Below are positions 22,501 through 29,001 of a stretch of DNA of 32,000 bases, piece after piece. Made by a program: the position numbers and the translations under genes. Position 1 is the stretch's first letter, and each line of letters starts with the position of its first letter. This stretch comes from an uncultured Opitutales bacterium. GTDB lineage: Bacteria; Verrucomicrobiota; Verrucomicrobiia; Opitutales; Intestinicryptomonadaceae. Location: NCBI GenBank assembly GCA_934613415.1, contig CAKTSY010000001.1, positions 210,001 through 242,000 of the forward strand, given 5' to 3'. Below the pieces are notes generated by a model. The model did no database searches, was not told where the DNA came from, and saw nothing but the letters and a program-made list of their open reading frames with translations.

Positions 22501-22962
22501 ACCGTATTTAAAGGCGTCGTACCTATTGCCTTCGTAGTCGAAGAAAAACTCTGCCGTTGTGTTGTCGTAAAAAACCCTGTCGAAACCTTTGCACTGCCAC
22601 GACATTGGAACGGGCATTGTATACCAACTTTTGTCGTTAAAGTTTTTAGAGAAAAACTCGTCTTTAACCTCGCCGTGGTTCTTGGCAAACAAGAACTTCC
22701 AGTTTCCGTTTAGGCTTTGGTAGTTTTCGCCCACATAGATGTTTTCTATATCGTTTATGCTCAACGGATTCGAAGCTGCGTCAAAATTTGTGTGCACCGT
22801 AAAAAACGCGTGCGGGGCTTCTTTATTTATTGCAAATTGCGAAATGTCGTTCCAAGCATTGTTGGGGCTTGCAAAAGATGCCCCCGCAAAAGCCAAAAAT
22901 GCAAAAACCCAGCCCACTATTTTTAAGAATGTTTTGTTTTTCATAAATTTTAAGTTCATCAT
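19600..22962 (-). CDS. secreted glycoside hydrolase family 2 beta-galactosidase
   Basis: 1120 aa with an N-terminal signal peptide ('...AFLAFAGASFASP'). The GH2 blocks are 'GVNRHDWSP', 'FSVGNES' (acid/base Glu) and 'FFCEYEHAMGNAMG' (nucleophile Glu). A long C-terminal LacZ-type small-chain domain is present. Confidence 0.85.
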   Translation of the reverse strand: MMNLKFMKNKTFLKIVGWVFAFLAFAGASFASPNNAWNDISQFAINKEAPHAFFTVHTNFDAASNPLSINDIENIYVGENYQSLNGNWKFLFAKNHGEVKDEFFSKNFNDKSWYTMPVPMSWQCKGFDRVFYDNTTAEFFFDYEGNRYDAFKYGKNGAFPPALSAPFVPKDHQQVGIYRREFKLPKEWGNKEIFVRFDGVRTGYNLYINGKYVGYSEDSFTSGEFNITKYVEKASENTIAVEVFKYTTGAYYEMQDMPHVSGIIRDVVLIARNPVYIEDYRATYELNDSLDKAKVNITLKVKNNGGNDAKDVKLTAYLLDGQGKLVKKMFSQKVDVAKNGEAEVKDYATVRDIKLWNTDNPNLYYLVFALENENSYEAIKADFGFSKFEINKEKRSLVFNGKPFLIKGVNRHDWSPDKGKAVDFHWMLKDVMLMKQANMNAVRASHYPNDSRFYMLCSRLGLFVLDEANQEMHGLIEWLAPTETVSAADLENFVPAAVDRAKSMVMRDRNIPCVFIFSVGNESAMRDALMLKAIKTEIRKYANNQFIHSEAETRDSKKGRVPTADDSHFYSPMYHGIGQMKLYLTLKNETRPFFFCEYEHAMGNAMGTLKDMWDLIRQNSALNGGFIWDWVDQGIYMKDKDAQFVSDGRDWNTLPSRRNYSQNGVILADRNLTAKYYEVKRVYQNIQLKEIEKGVVEVKNEFTSRNLNEFNFVVCVERNGVEIAKKQLKALDLAPWQTAKVKIDLPYFSDKETGEYFYTLKFLDKNETLYSATGFEVAREQFFIKKNAYECEKSETAPTYTQNGQFVKVVANNAEIVFDKSKGELVSYSVFGKPIITKPITFDVSSAWMDVYRKSFQISYENYKMDTLKPHNESFSINAEKDCLKLVFAKELLTVENKGFKINTLYTVLGNGSVAVSITVDCLNLPKLPKIYKNSFDDHLQKNDLILPRLGVKMGIDKNYATAQYFGKGPWANYVDRPACSDVGFYTQNVFDFYENFTWPQDTGNREQVRFFAVKDKNKDSGLVFSMPNKPLPVAYFPYTQSEIKSAKHTYLLPAAPENYELRIAAQVCGLGNNSCGDLPEHKYRLNLQNQFKFEFAIKPFLGCPIDSGMTPLCPEYFKK

Positions 22963-23104
22963 ATAATACCGAAGTCGAAAAAAACTAATCTAAAACCATA
23001 TGCCCTGTAAAGCACATAGTTAAGCAAAAGCAAACGTTTTTTAACTATTGACAAAACACGCCAAATGTAAAGTATTGTGCCTTTTCACAGATAGAGGAAG
23101 TCTA

Positions 23105-24868
23105 ATGTTAAATTTCTCCGAGCAATGTATGGATATGGCGCGCTCGATATTGAGCCGCAACTTGGGTGCCGTAAACGAAGACGGCACCATAACTCCCGCC
23201 GAAGGCGAAATGCCTTTGCGCGACGAACCCGGCCACGCCGCTTTGGCCATGGGCGAATTTTATAGAGCCACGGGGCTTACCCAGCTCGAAAATTTCGACA
23301 CTGCCGACTTGTGCGCAAAATGCATAACAGCACAGGCAAATGCCGACATAGACAGCGAAGACGGCCTTGCATATTCGGCGTTGGGTTTATTGTCGTTCAA
23401 CCCCTCTAAAGAGCGCAACCCCATTTGGGAAAAGCTTAGCGAAGACACGCGCAAAAACCTCGACAAACGCTTGCTCGAAAGAACCGACTACGAAAACAGC
23501 TTTCAGATGTACAACATCGCCAAAGCCGTTGCAAGATTCAGCATAGGGCTAAGCAAAAAAGACGAAACCGGAAAGCTTATAGACCGCTTTGTAGAACGCA
23601 TAGAGCAGTTCTCTACCGGCAAATATTTCGACGACAAGCCCGCAAGCGGAATGGACGGCATTTTCGACATTACGGGCGTTGGCGCATTCGTATTCATCAG
23701 GCAGGCATTGCAGTTGCACGCAAACATACATTTGCGCGACAGGAAAATTCCCTCTTTGCGTACATATGCCGAAAAATATCTTAAGATATTCCCCGACTTG
23801 GTTCGCGCCGACGGCCTTGGCTGGGCATTCGGCAAAAAGATTGGCGCATACGGGCAAATGCACCTAATTAGTATGATTTTACAGTCTATGCGCGACAACT
23901 GGATTAGCGAAGACAAAATCCCCGACTATATGGATATTTTAAGAAGGCTTTTCCAGTTCTTCTTTATGACGTATATAGACCAAGAGCAAGGCGCGCTTAT
24001 TATAGAAGACGCGGAACGCTCGGCATCTAAGCTAAAGACAACGCGTATGGCGAATTTCGACGCGGCGCGCTATCTATGCCAATGGTCTAGACTTGCACGC
24101 AGCGTAAACCGCCCAATGCAACCGCGCACCACCCCAGCCAGAACGGGGTGTCGCTATGTTTCCTTCGACAGAACCAAGGTAAAGGAACAGGGCGTGCTTA
24201 TCTATCAAAACATAGAAACGGGGCTTCATGTAAGCATTCCGCTAATCGCCCCAGGCGACAGTCAGGAAGACTTAACCTCTACTTTGGCGTTCCCGCATAT
24301 GCCCGGCGTTTTCGACTGGCCGTCGAACAACTATTTGCCGATAATGATTCCCGAACTTACTTTCGGCGACAAGGTAACAATTCCCTCTTTCTACGGCAAA
24401 AACTGCGTAACAGGCATAGGGCTTAGGAATTCGTACACATTTAAATACGACCAGCCCGAGCTTACCACAAAAGACGGCGAAATTGTAAAAAATTTGGCGT
24501 CGTGCAAAGTTTGCTGGACATTCGACAACAACAAAATTACGGGCGACTTTACCTACACTGTAAAAGTGCCCACCACCCTCGACAAAATGAGGCTTGTTGT
24601 TGCCATTGCAGCCCCCCATAGCGAATACAGGGCACCCGCCTCGTACACCATAGGCGAAAAGGGTTTGGGCATTGAGGTTGAAAAAGACGACTTTCAGGCA
24701 GAATGGAAAGACACCGAAGTTGTATCCGACGACCCGAACTACAAAACCTATTGGGGCAAAATACACTATTTGCAGACATTGCAGCGCGACCATGCGCTTA
24801 TAATGCGCCCCGGCATACAATACAGGCTGGTTATTTCCTTTAACCCCGACATTGTTTTTGTAGGATAG
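23105..24868 (+). CDS. hypothetical cytoplasmic protein (helix-rich N-terminal ~350 aa, beta-rich C-terminal ~230 aa)
   Basis: 587 aa from ATG 23105, which is preceded by AGAGGAAG; the listed ORF starts at a TTG at 23048. No signal peptide and no motif I can assign. It ends 8 nt upstream of the FolE2-like gene. Confidence 0.7.
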   Translation: MLNFSEQCMDMARSILSRNLGAVNEDGTITPAEGEMPLRDEPGHAALAMGEFYRATGLTQLENFDTADLCAKCITAQANADIDSEDGLAYSALGLLSFNPSKERNPIWEKLSEDTRKNLDKRLLERTDYENSFQMYNIAKAVARFSIGLSKKDETGKLIDRFVERIEQFSTGKYFDDKPASGMDGIFDITGVGAFVFIRQALQLHANIHLRDRKIPSLRTYAEKYLKIFPDLVRADGLGWAFGKKIGAYGQMHLISMILQSMRDNWISEDKIPDYMDILRRLFQFFFMTYIDQEQGALIIEDAERSASKLKTTRMANFDAARYLCQWSRLARSVNRPMQPRTTPARTGCRYVSFDRTKVKEQGVLIYQNIETGLHVSIPLIAPGDSQEDLTSTLAFPHMPGVFDWPSNNYLPIMIPELTFGDKVTIPSFYGKNCVTGIGLRNSYTFKYDQPELTTKDGEIVKNLASCKVCWTFDNNKITGDFTYTVKVPTTLDKMRLVVAIAAPHSEYRAPASYTIGEKGLGIEVEKDDFQAEWKDTEVVSDDPNYKTYWGKIHYLQTLQRDHALIMRPGIQYRLVISFNPDIVFVG

Positions 24869-24876
24869 TTTTTGCA

Positions 24877-25845
24877 ATGCAAAGAGCGCAACACCAGCAA
24901 TCGGAGGCTGCAATACCCCACAATTTTGCAAAGTTCGACGCCAACTTTAAGGCGGGCGAAACCTATGTGCATTCTTTGCCCGACATGCAAAACGAAAAGA
25001 CCGAAACCGAAGGCCTTAAACCCATTCCCATAATTCAAGTAGGCATAAACAACTTTAAGTTGCCGCTAAACATTATGGGAGCAGATTGCGAAATGCGACA
25101 GGTTCAAGCCTCGGTTACGGGCACGGTTTCGCTTGCCGCCCAAAGCAAAGGCATAAATATGTCGCGCATAATGCGCACATTCTACCGCTATTCTGAAAGG
25201 GTTTTCACCCCCGATTTACTCGAAGAAATTTTGGCGCAATACAAAAAGGATTTGGAGACATCTAGGGCGAGAATAAAAATAAGGTTTTCGTACCCGATTA
25301 TGCAAATAAGTTTGCGCAGCGGACTAAAAGGCTGGCAGTACTACGACTGCTCGTACGAAGGCATTATAGACGACCTAAACCGCTTCAGAAAAATAGTTTC
25401 GTTCGACTTTATATATTCTTCGGCGTGCCCCTGCTCTTCGGAGCTTAGCGAACACGCGCGCAACACGCGCAACATATATTGCATTCCGCATTCGCAGCGC
25501 AGCAAGGCAAGAATTACTTTAGAGCTTGAAAAAAACTCGCATATGCCTATCGAAGACATTCACGCAAAATGCCTTAACGCCCTTAAAACCGAAACCCAAG
25601 TTATGGTTAAGCGCGAAGACGAACAGGCTTTTGCCGAAATGAACGGCGCTTACGTAAAGTTTGTGGAAGACGCAGCCCGCCTTTTACATAAAGAGTTCGA
25701 CTGCGACACGCGCGTAAAAGATTTTGAAATAACCTGCGTACACCTCGAAAGCCTGCACTCGCACGACGCGGTAAGCGTTGTATGCAAAGGCCGCCCCGGC
25801 GGCTTTACAGGCAGTTTTTCAGACTTTTCCAGTTTGGTTTGCTAA
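24877..25845 (+). CDS. folE2: GTP cyclohydrolase IB (FolE2 / GCYH-IB, T-fold) family protein
   Basis: 322 aa. The motifs 'LPDMQNE', 'KGINMSRIMR', 'SACPCSSELSEH', 'PHSQRS' and 'ESLHSHDAV' parallel the FolE2 blocks (LPDvq, G.HMSRF, CPCSK..S, HNQRS, ES.H.H.A). Confidence 0.7.
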   Translation: MQRAQHQQSEAAIPHNFAKFDANFKAGETYVHSLPDMQNEKTETEGLKPIPIIQVGINNFKLPLNIMGADCEMRQVQASVTGTVSLAAQSKGINMSRIMRTFYRYSERVFTPDLLEEILAQYKKDLETSRARIKIRFSYPIMQISLRSGLKGWQYYDCSYEGIIDDLNRFRKIVSFDFIYSSACPCSSELSEHARNTRNIYCIPHSQRSKARITLELEKNSHMPIEDIHAKCLNALKTETQVMVKREDEQAFAEMNGAYVKFVEDAARLLHKEFDCDTRVKDFEITCVHLESLHSHDAVSVVCKGRPGGFTGSFSDFSSLVC

Positions 25846-25857
25846 CAATTTTTTTAT

Positions 25858-26319
25858 ATGGACACAAAAATTACCCTTACAAAAGAGGAAGTTGCCGAGG
25901 TTATGCCCCAACAATTTCCGTATCTGTTTTTGGAAAATTCGGTTATCGAAAAAGACAAAGTCGTTTCGTCGTACAAAATCAGGGGCGACGAATTTTTCCT
26001 TAAGGGCCATTTTAAGAACAATCCCGTTTTCCCCGCTTCAATCACTATAGAGGCAATCGGGCAAATGGGCTTGCTGTATCTGCTAAAATCGGGAGACGAA
26101 CGCCTGACAGACCCTGTAGATTCGTCTAAAATTTTCTTTACTTCGTGCGACGGCATTCGCTGCGTAAGAATTTGCAAGCCTAACGAAACCATTGATATGG
26201 AAATAAAGGTTGTGGCAGTAAGACACCCTCTTATGGTGTTTTCGGCAAACGCCTATGTTAACGGCGAAAAAGCGGCGCACGCCGACAGAATTTGTTTAAC
26301 ATTCGACTATAAAAGATAA
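25858..26319 (+). CDS. FabZ/FabA-like 3-hydroxyacyl-ACP dehydratase (divergent hotdog protein)
   Basis: 153 aa. 'FFLKGHFKNNPVFPASITIEAIGQ' keeps the catalytic His and the Glu of the 'IEA' block. The N-terminal 'QQFPYLFLENSV' replaces the canonical 'HRyPFLlvDrv'. Confidence 0.7.
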   Translation: MDTKITLTKEEVAEVMPQQFPYLFLENSVIEKDKVVSSYKIRGDEFFLKGHFKNNPVFPASITIEAIGQMGLLYLLKSGDERLTDPVDSSKIFFTSCDGIRCVRICKPNETIDMEIKVVAVRHPLMVFSANAYVNGEKAAHADRICLTFDYKR

Positions 26320-27584
26320 TGAAAAACGTTGTAGTAACGGGTTTGGGATTTATAACAAGCATAGGCAACGATAAAACCGAAGTTTTAGACAGCCTTATAA
26401 ACTTGAAAAACGGCATAGAACTATACCCCGATTTTCAGGACGATAAAATACCCGTAAAATGCGCGGGAACTGTAAAACACTTTCAGACAAAGGGAACAGA
26501 CCCCGAAGACTGGGTTTGGCCCAAAGATTTATACCCTATTAAGCGCGAAGTTTTAAGGGGTTTTGCCCCGCACGTTTTGTATGCCTATTGCGCGGTATCG
26601 CAGGCGTTAAAAGATGCAAACCTTACTTTAGACGACATTGCCAACAATTTGGACACCGGCATGTATACGGCTTCGGCGGGCTCGGCTGGAATGCTGTATG
26701 CGCATATGCAAAGAATGGATAAATTCGGCGTTTTGCGCTGTCCTCCCATGGGCGTAGTTTCCTCTATTGTAGGCACGCTTTCCTACAATTTGGTTTCGGC
26801 GTACAAAATTAAGGGTGCTTCGTGCGGGTTTGCAAGCGCGTGCGCAAGCTCTACCCATGCCCTGGGCTTTGCCTACGACGAAGTTGCAAGCGGCCGCCAA
26901 AAAAGAATGTTGGTTGTAGGCGGCGAAGACGGCGATTTTCGCACAATTCTTCCCTTTGCGGGAATGCGCGCCCTTAGCATGAATAAAGACCCAATGACGG
27001 CTTCGAGACCTTTCGACAAAAAGCGCGACGGCTTTGTAGGCACTGCGGGAGCCACTTGTATGATTATAGAGGAAGAAGAATTTGCAAAGCAAAGAAATGC
27101 CCCTGTCTACGCAAAAGTTTCTGGGTTTGGGCAGGCAAGCGACGGCTATAACGTTGCAATTCCGCACCCCGATGGCGAAGGCTTGGTAAACGCCATAAAC
27201 AGAGCGTTGGCTTCCTCAAACACCCAGCCCGAAGAAATAGGCTACATAAATGCCCACGCAACTTCAACCCCCATTGGCGACGCTGCCGAATTAAAAGCCA
27301 TAAAAAAGGTTTTCGGCGAAAACACAACAGCCTACATAAGCAGCACAAAGGCAATTACCGGCCACGGGCTTTCGCTTGCTGGCGTAATGGAAGCAGCATT
27401 TTGCGCACTTTCTTTGAAGGAAAATATAGTTCCTGGCTCGGCGCACATAACCGAGATGGACGATTGCGCAAAGGGGCTAAACATTCCGCAACAGACGCTT
27501 ATAAATACGCCCGTAAAGAAAATGATGTCGCTAAGTAGCGGCTTTGGCGGCGCAAACGCGGTTGTTGTTTTAGAGCACGCCTAA
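26319..27584 (+). CDS. beta-ketoacyl-ACP synthase I/II (FabB/FabF family)
   Basis: 421 aa with 'FASACASSTHALG' (Cys), 'INAHATSTPIGD' (His), 'STKAITGHGLSLAG' (His) and 'GFGGANAVVVLE'. Several blocks read closer to E. coli FabB as I remember it. The start overlaps the upstream stop (TAATG). Confidence 0.85.
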   Translation: MKNVVVTGLGFITSIGNDKTEVLDSLINLKNGIELYPDFQDDKIPVKCAGTVKHFQTKGTDPEDWVWPKDLYPIKREVLRGFAPHVLYAYCAVSQALKDANLTLDDIANNLDTGMYTASAGSAGMLYAHMQRMDKFGVLRCPPMGVVSSIVGTLSYNLVSAYKIKGASCGFASACASSTHALGFAYDEVASGRQKRMLVVGGEDGDFRTILPFAGMRALSMNKDPMTASRPFDKKRDGFVGTAGATCMIIEEEEFAKQRNAPVYAKVSGFGQASDGYNVAIPHPDGEGLVNAINRALASSNTQPEEIGYINAHATSTPIGDAAELKAIKKVFGENTTAYISSTKAITGHGLSLAGVMEAAFCALSLKENIVPGSAHITEMDDCAKGLNIPQQTLINTPVKKMMSLSSGFGGANAVVVLEHA

Positions 27585-27588
27585 TATA

Positions 27589-28878
27589 ATGTTCATTTGG
27601 TTTTACAGGCTTATATTTTTGCCGGCATTTTTAATTGCAATGCCCTACTACGCCTTGCGAATGATTAGGCGTGGCGGCTATGCAAAAGACTTTAAGCACC
27701 GCCTGGGTTTGCATAAAAATTTACCAAAGCCCAAAAAACCCAGAATTTGGATTCAGGCGGTTTCGGTTGGCGAAACCGAAGCCATTGGCACTTTGGTTAA
27801 GCTTTTAAGCGAAAGCGGCAAAGTAGAGCTTGTAATTACCACTACAACTAGCACTGGCTATAAAATTTTAAAAGATAAATACGACAGCCTTTGCGTATAC
27901 ACGGGCATATTCCCGTGGGACTTTGCGCCATTCTCGTCTATGGCATGGAACGCAATTAAGCCCGACTTGTGCGTTTTAATGGAAAGCGAAATTTGGCCCG
28001 AACATTTGCATCAGGCTAAAAAACGCGGCGTAAAAACCTTGCTGGTAAACGCCAGAATGTCGGACAAATCTTTCGGCAGATATTCGAAAGTCGGCAAAAT
28101 TGCAAGGGCTATGTTTGCGCCTATTTCAAAGATTTTAACGGCGTCGGCAGCCGAGGCCGAGAGGTTTAAAAAGCTTGGCATTGCCGAAAGCAAAATTTCG
28201 GTAATGGGCAACCTTAAGTTCGACACAGTTCCCAGCAAATACCTTGAACCAAGCGAAAAGACAGAGCTTAAAAAACAAATGGGCTTTGGCGAAAACTCGC
28301 TTGTAATGATGGGGGCTTCTACCTGGCCTACCGAAGAAGAGGTTTTGCTGCAGACTTTGGCAAAGATAAGAAATAGCAACATAGCCTGCAATTTGCTTAT
28401 AATACCGCGCCACGAAGAACGCCGCAACGACATAGAAAACGTACTTAAAAAAACGCCCTATAAATACAATTTTAGAAAGGCGAACAAAGTTGCAGATTTC
28501 CCGTGCGATATTTACGTTGCCGACACTACGGGCGAAATGCGCATTTTAAGCCAAGTTGCAGATTTTGCCTTTATAGGCAAAAGTTTGCCGCCAAACAACG
28601 GCGGGCAAACACCTATAGACTGCGCCGCGCTTTCTATTGCAATGACATATGGGCCAAATATGACAAACTTTAAGGCGGCATGCAAAGGCTTAAAAGACGC
28701 AAATGCCGCCCTACCCGCAAAAGACGCAAACGAAGTTGTAGACAATTTGCTTGAGTTTGCAAAAGACGAATCTTTGCGCTTAAAAATAGGCAAAGCCGCC
28801 AAAGATTGGCATACGTCGAACATAGGCGCGTCTAAAAGGTGCTTTAACGCGATTTTAGAAACGCTAAATTTGCAATAA
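27589..28878 (+). CDS. waaA: 3-deoxy-D-manno-octulosonic acid (Kdo) transferase
   Basis: 429 aa. An N-terminal membrane helix is followed by 'IWIQAVSVGETEAIGTLV', the hallmark HAVSVGE block of KdtA/WaaA. A GT-B C-terminal half is present ('ADTTGEMRIL', 'GGQTPIDCAAL'). Confidence 0.85.
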   Translation: MFIWFYRLIFLPAFLIAMPYYALRMIRRGGYAKDFKHRLGLHKNLPKPKKPRIWIQAVSVGETEAIGTLVKLLSESGKVELVITTTTSTGYKILKDKYDSLCVYTGIFPWDFAPFSSMAWNAIKPDLCVLMESEIWPEHLHQAKKRGVKTLLVNARMSDKSFGRYSKVGKIARAMFAPISKILTASAAEAERFKKLGIAESKISVMGNLKFDTVPSKYLEPSEKTELKKQMGFGENSLVMMGASTWPTEEEVLLQTLAKIRNSNIACNLLIIPRHEERRNDIENVLKKTPYKYNFRKANKVADFPCDIYVADTTGEMRILSQVADFAFIGKSLPPNNGGQTPIDCAALSIAMTYGPNMTNFKAACKGLKDANAALPAKDANEVVDNLLEFAKDESLRLKIGKAAKDWHTSNIGASKRCFNAILETLNLQ

Positions 28879-28909
28879 ATTTTGCAAAAAAATTCTATTT
28901 TGTATCTGC

Positions 28910-28938
28910 TTGACAGAGCTTTTTTAGATAAATTTAAT
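28910..28938 (+). promoter_or_regulatory. candidate sigma-70-like promoter for the 29002 gene
   Basis: TTGACA (28910-28915), a 17-nt spacer and TTTAAT (28933-28938) lie within a very AT-rich 123-nt intergenic region. This is a pattern match only. Confidence 0.3.
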
Positions 28939-29001
28939 CGATAAACAAAAATTTTATTTAGTTATATTTTTAAATCTAAAAACGGCAAATTTAAGTAAAC
29001 A

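Noticed and set aside
23048-23104. The TTG start listed for the 606-aa ORF, and similarly the TTG at 4808 for the GT2 gene.
   Set aside because: The TTG at 23048 is part of a TTGACA hexamer in the intergenic region. The ATG at 23105 is preceded by AGAGGAAG. For GT2, the conserved N-terminus 'MKICAVIACYNH' starts at ATG 4850.
28879-28905. The TTTTGCAAAA palindrome just after the Kdo transferase stop.
   Set aside because: It is a pure AT-rich dyad with a GC core, no loop and negligible stem stability. TTTTGC and GCAAAA words are abundant throughout the window.
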